Source of the DNA: Cyanophora paradoxa CCMP329
Taxonomy: Eukaryota > Plantae > Glaucophyta
Length of the DNA stretch: 64,000 bases
Direction: 5' to 3'
Assembly: GCA_004431415.1 (NCBI GenBank)
Contig: QPMI01000015.1
Location: forward strand, 186,001 to 250,000
The stretch's first letter is position 1; each line of letters begins with the position of its first letter. The notes below the pieces were generated by a model. The model was not told where the DNA came from. It ran no database searches and saw only the letters and a program-made list of their open reading frames with translations. The translations under genes and the position numbers were made by a program. Shown here in pieces: positions 23,211 to 34,940 of this stretch.

Positions 23211-25704
23211 ATGAGGGTCCTCGTGCCCGCATCCGTGGTCGTCGTCTTGCTGCTCAGCACCGCCTTGGGGAGCCAGCCGGCGGCCCCGGAGGTGGTTGAG
23301 GCCGATGCCCATCACATGCGCGGCCCGCACGTCGAGGCTGCGCACCACTCCGCAAGCGCGCAAACCGAGGCGCGCGCCAAGAAGGATGTGGACATGCAGG
23401 TCGTGTTCGCGCAGGGTTCGTCCTTCCCTATTTGCAATGTTCCCCCCCCGCGCGCCCGGCCGGCCCGAGCGATGCACAAGCGCCAACTCCTGCCGGCCTT
23501 CATGGCCGCCTGACCGCCGCCTTCCGATGCAGTCATCATCCGGCACGGCGATCGCACCCCGCTGACGCTGCTCCCGGGCGACGACGTGGTCTGGAAGTGC
23601 GAGCCCAACTTCCTGTCGTCCCCCATCGTTCGCACGGAGGACAGCGACGCGGGTGCGAGCTACGTGTACGAGAAAGTGTACATGAAGGGCAAGGAAAAGC
23701 TCCGCGGGAACTGCCCCATGGTCCGCTTCCCGCTCCCCGCCAGCCTGGCAGCGAGTACCTTGTCCTGATCCGGCCCCGCCCTCGCCACGCCCCTTTCGCA
23801 ACCGCGCAGGGCGGTGCGCTGCTCAACGCGTCTCTTTAGAGCCTCCCGCACGCCCTCACCGCCGCCCGCAGAGCTCACGAACATCGGCATCGCCCAGCAC
23901 CTCAAGCTCGGGGGGGAGTACCGCAAGCGCTACGTGGACCAGGTGCCCCCGCCGCGCCCGCGCGCCCGTTGCGCCCTTCTGAACTCACACGCGCGCGCGC
24001 CTTCTGCGACGCAGTACGGGCTCCTTTCGCCGCAGCTGAAGGAGGGGGAGATTTTCGTTCGCAGCACCGACATCCAGCGCACCCAGCAGAGCGCCCAGGC
24101 CCGCGCCGCCCGCCCCCTTTCCAAATCTTTCCCTAAGCCCGCCGCAGAGCTTCCTGCGCGGCCTGTACCCCGCGGCGGAGCGGCCCGCGGGTTCCATCAT
24201 CCGCATCCACACCGCTGAGATCCTCAACGAGTACATGTGCGCTCTGCGGGGCGGGGCTGGGCGGGGCGGGCCAGGGCGGGTCCCCGGTCGGGTCTGGGGG
24301 AGCCAGAGTAGTAGAAGGGATAGGGCCGGGCGCGGGCCCCTCACGCCGCCGGCCCGCCGAGGGCAGATGCACGCCGCCTTACATCGCCGACCCCGACCCC
24401 TCCGGGTACCCCCCTCCGCGTCTGACCCCGGCCCGTCCCTGCGCCCGCGCCTCTGCTCTCGGCACCGCTCGCGCGCGCTCCCCGCAGGTACGGCGCGTCG
24501 CCCGTGGACTGCCCGGCGATCGGGGAGATGCAGGACGAGCTGCGGCGCTCGGAGCCGTGGCGCAAGCGGGACGAGGCGATGCAGCCCATCGCCGAGAAGC
24601 TCAAGTCCGTCCTGGGCCTCCGGGACCTCCCCGTGCGCCCCTCCCTTCCCACTTGCCACGCCCTCCCCATCTCATCTCAGTTCCTACTCCCCAGGGCTGG
24701 ATGGCTCTCCACGACGCTTTCACGTGCCGCCTCTCGCACGGGAAGCCCCTCCCGGAGGGCGTCACCGACGACATCGTCTCGCGCGTGCGGGACCAGGCCT
24801 CCTTCGAGCTCGGCCAGCGCTTCGGGACGGAGAAGCTCGCCCGCCTCGGCATCGGGCGCCTCGTGGGCGAGGTCGTGTCCGCGCTGCGGGCGGCGGCCGA
24901 GGGCCGCCCGGGGCCCCGCTTCATCCTCTACTCGGGCCACGACACCAGCGTGGCACCCTTCCTTAGCGCCTTCAAGGTACTTTTATCTAATTATCTATCT
25001 ATCTGTTTATAATCTATCTCTATCTATCTCTTCTCCTCTTACATGTTGTCCGCAGGCGTACGACGGGAAGGCGTGGCCCCCCTACGCCTCGCACGTCTCC
25101 CTCGAGCTCCTCGTCAACGCCGGTACCCCCCTTCCATCCCTCTACCTCCCGGGCTCTTCTTGGGGCTGAGCGTACCCCTCCGGTCGGCAGACGGCGACTA
25201 CTTCGTGCGCCTCTCGTTCCTGGGGCGCGAGCTCGCCCTCGACGTCTGCGAGGGTACCCCGCATCTTGCACTCCCCCCCCCCTCCACCCCCCCTGATGTT
25301 TCGTCCCCCCAGGCGTCACGCCGTGCCCGCTGCTGCGCTTCCTCGAGTACGCGGCGCGCGTCACCCCCGCCGACTGGGACGCCGAGTGCGGCATCGAGTG
25401 CGCCCTTGCTCCCGTACCCCCCTCCGCGACTCGTTTCTTTCCTGTACCCCCCCCTCACGCCTCGCCCCGGCAGCCCGGAGCCGAAGGCGGTGGACCTGAT
25501 CAGCGACCGCCCCAGGAAGGGCACCAAGCAGCCGACGAAGCCCGCCCGGGCGGCCCAGTCGGAGCCCGAGCCCGCCGAGCCGGCCCCGGTCCGCCCCCTG
25601 CCCCCTGCCCCCGCCCCGCCTCCTCTTACCCGCCGCAGGCCGCCCTCGTGGACGGGACGGAGGCCGCCTCGAGGGAGGGGCCCTCCTCGCCGCCCTCCCT
25701 GTAG
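23211..25704 (+). CDS. Secreted/lysosomal histidine acid phosphatase (branch 2)
   Basis: Signal peptide MRVLVPASVVVVLLLSTALG, RHGDRTP, ELTNIG, VRSTDIQRTQQSA, YSGHDTS, WPPYASH. Confidence 0.92.
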
Positions 25705-26528
25705 CCCGCCGCTTTACTCTCTGCCTTTCCGCTCCGCTCTTTCTGTTTGCGACAGTTCGCGCTCCCGCAAGCATCATGCGGATGTGCCAGTGTACCATAC
25801 GCATAAAAATGAAATGATTCGCTTCCAAGTTCCGACTCTGCATGACTCATGTTTTTCAAAGTTTAATCAGTACTTGTTACTGATGATGAGGATAATCCGA
25901 TGATCATGATCATGAGGATGCCATGATGATGACGACGATAGGCCCTGAGGGCTCGGCCGCGGGCAAGGGATGCTGTCTTTCATTCTGCACTTTGAAACAC
26001 CGTGGCACGATATATATAACGTTAACCCACCCGCGCGATCACTCCGGAGCCGCCGGTATCGTGGTACCCCCGCCGGCCCGCGGCCGGTGGGATTGAAGGG
26101 ATTCGTGTGTTTGATTTCTTTTGAATCATGTCATCCGATGATCGATCAATAACTACGTACTACGGTATACTCCTGCCCCCGCCCCGGGGGGCAGTACAGA
26201 CTTGGGTTTCAGAGAGCACGGTTGCGTGAGTGCACACTGTGCGCCTATCTCTGTTTGCAATTCGCACTGCGGCAAGCTGTTCGCGATCGAATTCGATTCG
26301 GAACAGCTTGATCGAGCCGACTTTGGGGTACATGTTTCCCGCCGGCCGGTGAGGCTATGACTCAGTGACCAGCTCCAAGAATGGCTCGCGATCGCACCTA
26401 AACGCCATGATATATATCGATACTGAGCATGTCATCTTGCCCGCTTCGAATTCGATGCACCCTGTAACTGATTTGAAAACCGGAACCGCGCGTGCACTCC
26501 CTGCAGCTGAGGAGCCGCTGAGCAGGAG

Positions 26529-26800
26529 ACGATTGCATGTTTAATTTGTATGCATATGCATATGGCCATGGGAACCTTGCGATCTTGGCGACCAGGCTAC
26601 CTGCCGTCGCGCTAGCCTTTAAAACGGATGCGCTTTGCTGCATAGCGGACCGTCGGACTTTCTTCTCAGGAAGCAAAGCAAGCCCGCGCGGTCGCTGGAT
26701 TGCCCGGAAAACACGATTGTGCGTTTGTATGGGAACTTTAGAGGCTTCTCGATCTCGGCAACCAGGCTACCTGTCGTCGCGTTTGCAAGCTCTACGGACG
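26529..26800. repeat. Two diverged direct-repeat copies, about 170-bp period
   Basis: accaggctacctg at 26591 and 26761, with shared flanks (acgattg..tttgtatg..atgggaac..cgatct.ggc; gtcgcg..acgga.gcgc). Confidence 0.8.
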
Positions 26801-26986
26801 CGCGCGGTGTTGGAGCTCACTTTTGCCGATGGAAGCTAGACAGTGAGGTTGCTGGATTGCTCAGGAAACAGGTTTGACGGGTTGGGACTCGGGTTCGAAT
26901 CCAACACCCTGGAACTTAGGGGGGAATGAACCACCACCACAGACGTGCAACTAATTGCTTAGCCACTTGCTCTCTTCTCTGACTTG

Positions 26987-27012
26987 CTCTCTCTCTCTCT
27001 CTCTCTCTCTCT
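26987..27012. repeat. (CT)13 microsatellite
   Basis: Seen directly upstream of the TRP gene. Confidence 0.9.
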
Positions 27013-27526
27013 GCCGCGGCCGGCGAGCTCGAGTCTGCCGCGACCGCGGACGAAGCTCCAAGCTTTGATCGAAGTGCCAGCAGCAGCAGACTTCGTGCGC
27101 TCGCCTAGGCCGTTTTGGCGTCGAGAATGTCCGGGCTAGGACGCGGGCGCGGCCGGTCGGCGCGTCCTGGTGCGTCGCGCGTGCTGTCAGCCGATGTCCT
27201 CGATGTCAGCCGCGCGCGCAGCTGGATGGCTTCCGATCCGAACGGATGCGACCCCTGCGGCGGTCACCTTCGTCCCGCATGGGAACGGTGCGCGGACCTA
27301 CTTAAGCTTGGACCCACTAGGACGCTTCGAGCTGTCGCATGCTGCCCGGCCACGCTCATGCATCGGCAGGGTCCGCCTCGCCCATATAGATGGCCGGCGC
27401 CGGCGCCATGGCCAGCGACGACCGCGTCCCGCGGCCGCTTCTCTCCGCAGAGCAGATCTAAATCTAGAGCACGTCGCCATCCAGCGCTGAGCTAGCGCCG
27501 GCCTCGGAAGCCGACCGTCGGACTCC

Positions 27527-30500
27527 ATGGCCAGCATAGCGCCAGCGCCCACGACGTCGACGCCGGCCGCGGCCGCCACTGCGGCCGCTTCACCTAGCTC
27601 GATGCTGGCGTGGCTAAGGGCTGGCGTGGCTGGCGAGCTCGATGCAGCCGGGGCCAGAACCTCGGCCAGAGCCTCCGGTGCCGGCGCGGCTAGCGAGGCA
27701 GCTGGGGCCGGAGCCGCCGGAGGCGAGCTGCAGCCTGCTAGCGCCGCTAGCGCGGCGTCGCCGGGGGTCGAGCCGTGGTTTCATGCGGCTGCGACGGGGG
27801 AAGTCAACGCCCTTCGGTACGATTCCGGTCCCCCCTGCCCCCCCTTCCCCCCCTCCCCCCCCCCCCCCTCCCCACTCCCCTCCCACTCCCCCACACCCCC
27901 CTCCGCAATCGTACTTTGTATCGAAGGGACTCGCAGGGCCATGCTTGATGAGGGTCGGTCGGTCGATTCAAAGAACAACAAAGGCCTCTCCGCGCTCTAC
28001 ATCGCATGCGAGAACGGCCACGAGGCTGCAGCAAAGCTCCTGCTAGAGCGCGGCGCAGACCCGGCGCTCCCGTGCGGCTCAAGCGGCGGTCACCCCCTCC
28101 ACACTGCTGCATGGAACGGGCACGTAGCCATTGTCAAGTGCGGCGGGCCCGGCCCTGCTGTCCGCCATCGTACTCAGTGACTGCGGGTGACCTCAAGCAC
28201 CGGCTGCAGGCTTCTGCTCGAGTGCGGGGCTCCAGTGGATGCGAAGACCAGCACTCGAGTAGCTCTCACTGTGCTCTACGTTGCAGCTGATACAGGTCAC
28301 GTGGACGTTGCACGGCTCCTGCTCGAGCACGGTGCAGACCTTGCGCTCCCGTGCGACTCTAGAGGCTACCATGCCCTCCACATCGCTGCAATCAACGGGC
28401 ACGGAGACCTCGTCAAGTGCGGGGGGGCCCGGCCTTGCTGCACGCCACAGGACTGCACGTGACTTTGTGCACTGACTGCAGGCTTCTGCTCGAGCGCGGG
28501 GCTCCAGTGGATGCGAAGACCAGCAATATTGATGCTTTCACGGCGCTCTACCTTGCAGCCGAGAACGGTCACGCGGACATTGCCCAGCTCCTGCTCGAGC
28601 ACGGTGCGGACCCTGCGCTCTCGTGCGGCCCCGACGGCTGGCTCCCTCTCCGCATTGCCGCATACAACGGACATGGAGCCGTCGTCAAGTGCGCCAGGCT
28701 TGACCTTGCTTTCCTCGGTCGGACTGCTGGGGGCACGTGACGTCGTGCACCGGCTGCAGGCTTCTCCTGGAGCGCAGGACTCCGGCAGATGCGGAGATCA
28801 ACAATGCTATCAGTATGCTCTACATCGCAGCTGAGAAAGGTCATGTGGACGTAGCACGGCTCCTGCTCGAGCATGGTGCAGACCCGGCGCTCCCGATCAG
28901 CTACAAAGACCAGCACCCCCTTCATATTGCTGCAATCAACGGGCACGAAGCTGTCGTCAAGTGCGGCGGGCCCGGCCCTGCTTCTCGTCTTCGAACTGCA
29001 TGTGAGCTCGCAAATTGACTGCAGGCTTTTGCTGGAACACGGAGCGCTGGTGGATGCAAAGGACGCGGTTGGATGCACGGCACTTTTCTATGCGTGTGAC
29101 AGGGGTCATGAGGATGTGGTCAGGCTCCTGCTCGAGCGCAGAGCAGAAACCGCGATCCCGCGCACGAGTACCATCAACAGTGACATGTACAATATACTGC
29201 CCATTCATTTGGCCGCCGTTCCGGGGTTTGAGTCTATCGTAAAGTTCGTGCTGAACGTGTGAGCCTGCATCGATATAATACCCATGCAGGCTTCTCCTCG
29301 AACGCGGAAACCCTGCAGCTGTAACGGCGACCTGTACTTTCAATTCGATGAAAGGGATGACGCTATTGCACATCGTTGCCCTTCATGGAATCGCTGATCT
29401 GGTTGGGTCTGACCGCGGCAGACTTTACCTTTATATTTGCAGCACTCGGTAACTATAATCTAAAGGCCGTGTGCGTGCAGATTGTGCCTGCAGCACGGGG
29501 CAGAGCCAGAAGCGGTTGATGAACGCGGCTGGACTCCACTTATGGTAGCCTGCCAGTCAGGGGAGGTGGAGGCGGTACGCTCTCTTCTTGAGGCAGGCGC
29601 TGGATGGGACAAGGAGGACAAGGAGGGAGTGACAGCTCTACAGCTCGCCCTCCGGTGGCGGCAATCCACCCTCCTTAATCCTTTCCTTGAGTGTCCGCGC
29701 GTCCTCTTCTCGTCGACCAAACTTGCTGCCATCTGCAAGCAAATCGTTGACGCTGTCGGTGTTGAATGTAATCCTGCCGCTGTCGTGGCCAAGTTTCCAG
29801 CGCACAAGCTTCACTGTGCCCTCCACCTCGCCCGTCTTCTCGAGGTCCGGAGATCGCGATCCCTGGACCCGTCCCATTTCTATATACCACGCAACGCAGA
29901 GGGCAGCCAAGGCAAGCCCTGATCAGGCTTCTCCTTTCCTTGAACACCGTGATGAAGCTGTTGACGTCGCTTACCAGGTTACTTTATGATTTATTTCGTG
30001 TGCTTGGCTTGTATTTTGCATGCTAATTCCTGTAACCGGGACGCTTGCATGAGCAGGTCTTGGATGCTTTGGAGAAAAAGTTTGGAGAGCGCTTGCAGAG
30101 GCGAGCAAGGAATGAACGCTATGCGGCCCCTTGGATAGGCGCCATGAAGATGCTAAAGTGCGTCACATCGCCAAATTCTTTCGGATCAAACATTTCGGAT
30201 TCTGCACAGAAATGAGACCGAAGACAAGAAGTTGGACGAGCGCCTGCGTGCATGCATCAAGCTTACGGCAGACGACCCACTTGACACGTGGCACGCGAAT
30301 CAGGTGCGCATGCTTCGCGCTTCACCTTGTACACGTGATTTCCTCTGCCGACTCTCTCTACGTATACAGCTGAAGAACGCAGGCTGGAAGAGAATGCTTG
30401 GCCCTTTGTTTACAAGAGCCATTGATCAGTGGCTGCCTATCGCAGACTCCGTTGAAGTGCTGTCGTTTCTGCTGTGCATGTGTGTTGCTCCGAGGCCTCA

Positions 30501-33180
30501 AACGGTGGCGCGTGCAGGCTCTGGAGATTCGCCTGCCCGGTGTCGGGTGCCCAATCGACATCGCCATCGAGCTGGATTTGTACCCCTTTTTTGCAAGCCC
30601 CATCCCCAACTTGCTCCTCACTCCTCGCTTGCTGGAGCTTCTAAAAGCTTCTGATCTCAAACTTCCCTGAACGTATACCCTCGAGCCCGCAGGGCCACTC
30701 ATTCGTTCATCGCTACATACAGCGCATCTCTGAGGGCGCATCTGATCTTCAGGTGAGCGGAATCACCTCATCTCATCCAATTCAGGACCTCATGCGAATG
30801 CGAATACAGGCAGTTTCACTTCTTCCCAGTGCCCTCGGCTCGCTCGCCAAGAAGTTGCTGTCGCGGGATGCCGAAAAGGGAGAAGACGGCAACGTTGAGG
30901 ACAAAGCTGAGAAAGACAAGCAGCCAAACGAGGGATCCGGAGAGCTCTGGTGGGAGACTCCCGGGCACCCCCTCAACAGCTGGAAGGGAAAGTTCACGGC
31001 GGATCTGATTTCTTACCTGATTTTCCTCGTTCTTATTGCGCTCGGTACATATTTGCCGTCCTTTTTCCATGTTGGGGGCAGCTGTGTGCAGCGGCAGCTA
31101 ACCGCATCCAGCTGTGCGGAGCGTGCACGTGCTTGGGGAGCCTGGCCATGCGTGGCCTTCCGCTCTAGCCCTCCTCGCCCTTCAGTCTCTTTGCATGCTT
31201 CTGCGGGAGTACTACCAGGCACGTCTTGTATATGTGTGCCTGGCCTATCGAACTCTCGTTCTAATAGAGCGCGCGGTCTTAGGCGCGGGAGGGCGGGATC
31301 CGAAACTATGCCGGGGACGTCTTCAATCTCCTCGACCTCGCCCTCTTTGTCACCACACCGGTCCTAGCGATTCTCGGAATCACTGCAGAGGTGCTGATAT
31401 GCAATTTTTCCCGTATCAACTGTGGTTGGCTGGCTTCGAATTCTTTCCAGGCGGTAACCGATTACGCTCACTACGCCGACAATGTGATTCCTGCCTTTGC
31501 CTTAAGTGCGACCTTACACATCCACAGCAGCTGTTCGTATTCACATGCATGACTGCAGCTGATTAACGCTGCGCAGTATTTATTCCGGCTTCTCTTCGCC
31601 TTCTCGAGTTCGGATACATCAGCCCTATTCTAGGTTTGTCGTCGGTGTCTATAATTTGGTCTAAAGCTCGAAGCCAGCTCTAATCCCATCCATACCAGGC
31701 CCCATGCTCGTTGTTTTCGGTCGCGTGCGTTCGCATTCGCGTGTACTCATTGCCCTTTCCTCGAGATCATGTAAATGTCAGATGGCGCAAAATGTTCTTT
31801 CGGTCCTCGTCGTCTTTCTGCTCGTATTTGTATCCTTCCTGTTCGCCCTGTGGGGCTGGTCGGCCTCCATCCTTGGCCGTGCCAGCTCTGATTTGGGCAA
31901 TGGCGATCGCGAACCGCCGATCACCTTTTTTGAGACTGCGTGAGTTTAGCTGCTAGCCCCCCACGGAGAAAGTAGCCATGACTTCAGTTTAATTTGTACT
32001 TCAGCGAGTCTCTCTATTTTGGTTTCCTGGGAGAGAGCGACTACGACCTCATGCAATCCCGCGTCCCTTTTGTTGGTCAGGGGCATTCTTCTGACTCTTG
32101 TCATTATAGAATTTATTCAATTTTCTGCAGGCTCTGCGTTCTTCTCGATATACCAGATTATTACGGTGCGTGCTGCGGATTCAGCAATTTTAATGAACCG
32201 CCTCTTTAACGAACTGCTCGAGGCCAGATTATCTTGCTCCTGAACGTGCTTACTGGTCTCTTCAGGTGCGTGCAAAGAATAGCGCTGCCGTTCCCCGTAT
32301 ATATCATCTTTCTATCAGCAAAGAAGCGCTGTTGTGCCCTGTTTCTATTGCTCTCACGCTGCGGATATCAGCTTCTCCTTCACCGACGTTTTTGAGAACG
32401 CGCGACACGTGTATGCATTCGGCCGAGCGAAGGTCTCTCAATTGCATCGAATTCCAACCATCTTTGAATTTGCTACAGATAATTCTCCGGTACCACCGGA
32501 TGGGACGACACCTGGTGGCGCCGCTGAACCTGGTCTGGCTGCTGCTGAGCCCCGCCCCCCGCGTCGCCGCTGCGGTCGTCAACGTGACATCGGCCGTGCT
32601 CTTCCTTCCCTTCCTCACCGTCGCCCTTTGCCTCTCGTACCTGTCTCGCCTCTTCAGACAAGTATTTGAGACGCCCGCGGACAAGAAGAAGCAGCAGGAG
32701 GCCGCCGCCCAATCCGAAGCCCTGAAGGCTTGGCTGAAGGCCATCGAGACCCACCGCAAGGCGCGGCTCACGATCGCTGCCAAGCAGGAGGCCGGTGGGT
32801 CCCTGGAGCTGAAGTACCCGCTCGCGTACGATGAGTCCAATGAAAAGCCGGACCCAGTGCCTCCCGGCCGTCTTAAGGTGCGATCCCGGGCCTAGTTCCA
32901 ATTTCATTTAATTATAAGCAATTTATGAGCGAGTGACTTTTCTGAATCCAATCTAGACATATATAAGCTTGTCCATTATAATTAAACTATACAAGTCGAG
33001 CAGGTGGCGCACACAGCGGAAAACGTGCCCCGCAACCTCGAGCTCCTCCACGAGCGCAGCGAGATGCTGGAGGCGTCGCTAGCGGAGATGAAGGCGGTCC
33101 TCGCGACCCTCGCCGCCCCGGCCGCGGCCCGGCCGCGGCCCCCACCGCCCGCCGCAGCTGCAGCCTCTTCGAACCTCTAG
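27527..33180 (+). CDS. Ankyrin-repeat TRP-family cation channel
   Basis: About 12 or more ankyrin repeats at 27770-29660. TM region includes KFTADLISYLIFLVLIAL, DVFNLLDL, GPMLVVFGR-MAQNVLSVLVVFLLVFVSFLFAL, pore-like ESLYFGFLGE, S6 IILLLNVLTGLFS, TRP-box-like VYAFGRAK and VAPLNL. C-terminal coiled coil. Confidence 0.85.
27937..29290 (+). repeat. Tandem array of about five ~270-280 bp exon+intron units, each exon encoding two ankyrin repeats
   Basis: Repeated gcttctgctcgag...gtcaa|gtgcggcgggcccggccct...ctgcag units. Confidence 0.88.
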
Positions 33181-33399
33181 ATCGAGATCTGACTGGATAG
33201 CCATAGCGCGAGTTCTTATTACGTTTCGAGAATTCCGCTCTGATTATTAATAATTCCGCTCTCTCGTTTCGAGAATGATTATCACGTTTCGATTCATGGC
33301 AGCAGGACCGCTCAGAAGATAGGACGTTTGTATCTTTGGCCAGCGCGCGCAGTCTAGATCTTCGCATCCATGTGTCTTTTTCGAGTGCTAGTACTTTAG

Positions 33400-34320
33400 T
33401 TTAATTTCCCGTTGAGTCCACGGTTGTGGCCAGCTTTTGCAGCGACTGTAGTTGGAAATTCCTCACGATCGTGTGTATCTCAGCGCGTAAGATTAGGTTC
33501 GCAAGCACGTAACTACAAACAAATTTCTTCCATCGTATACGAGCAACATAGGTTGCAAGTAGTGCTCATGATCATGGTCATGAGCGTGTTTCTGTGTAAT
33601 TGCGCTTTCGTTTTGCAAGGTCCCTAAAGCTACGTATATACCATCAGTAGCTACAGTCACAGTGTACTAGGCTCTAATTATATAAGTTGACGTGACACGG
33701 AGGTTGTTGCCTCCTAGACTCGGCCCCGGCCCTAGCGCAAACCTCCGGCGAATTCGAAGTTCTTCCCCATAGTAGGGCCCATACTAGCTATCATAGTATA
33801 GCGTATACGTACCGCTGTGTATATCGATATCGATCGCGATCATCGGATGGCCAAGCGTCACTGCCAAGCTGATCATGATCATGAACTTCGGAATCATGAT
33901 CATGCATATGATGCGAATTAATCTTAATTATACTATAAGCGTGGCCAGGCGCATGGCCCATGCATATATATGGCCATGGCCAGGCCGGCCCAGGCGTCAC
34001 TGCCAGGATGAGTCATGATATCACAATATTAATTGCGCGCCGTATATCATGATCATGATCACTGGCTATAGTGCCGTATACTATGCGGCTGATCAGGATA
34101 TACGTACTACGTATACGTATACGGTACTAGTATGAACGGAACAGGGTCACTGCAGTTGCACTGCCCCGGCCCTGTTGGAGGGGAAGGACCTCTAATGGCC
34201 ATATGCCATATGGGACCCGGTGACTTAGTCATAACCGTTCCTCGAATGAATTTATAATCCATACAAGAGAAGCCTGAAGAGAGAGCCCGCATCCGATGAT
34301 CGTTGCATCGACATCATAAA
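33400..34320. other. AT-richer intergenic tract dense in overlapping short palindromes
   Basis: atcgatatcgat 33823, gatcgcgatc 33832, tgatcatgatca 33870, tggccatggcca 33971, tacgtatacgta 34108. Confidence 0.75.
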
Positions 34321-34378
34321 CTTGAAATGTTCTTCGAATTACTCGATACTCCATAGAAGGGAAGGGAAGGGAGGCGCG

Positions 34379-34906
34379 TCAGTCGCGGGGGGAGAGGAAG
34401 GCGAAGGCCCGGTCGCGGGCGAGGCCCTCCAGCGCGGGGGCGCGCCCCGGGTCCGCCCCCGCCGCCCCCGCCACGTCCCCCGCCCCCAGCTCCAGCGGCT
34501 TCCGCGCGTACGCGTCCAGCTGCCCCCGCGGCTCTTGTCAGCGGAGCAGAGGCTTTGTATGGCGCCCGACCCTCACTCTTTATCCTCGCCCCTCGCTCCC
34601 CTTCATCCGTTCCCCCCCATTCTAATCCTCGCCCCTCGCCCCCTCTTTCCGGTCTCACCTGGACGGCGCCCATCTCGCTGCTGGCGGCCGTGAAGCGCCC
34701 GACCTTGACGAGCACGTCCTCCGGCACCGGCTCCTTCCCCACGCTGCCCGCACCCGCGTCAGAGGGGGGGCGGCGGCCGGCGGGTCCGGCGGCGGGTGGG
34801 GGCGACGGGGCGGGGCCCCTCTAGTCCCTAGCTCAACGGACAGCTGGGCGGCGGAGAGCCTCGGAGCCCCCGGCCTAGCCCCTGGCCCCCCGTCTATCCC
34901 CCGGCT

Positions 34907-34940
<34 letters not shown>

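Noticed and set aside
26840-26910. tRNA gene
   Set aside because: Only the T-loop/B-box is present; no acceptor stem or cloverleaf could be built.
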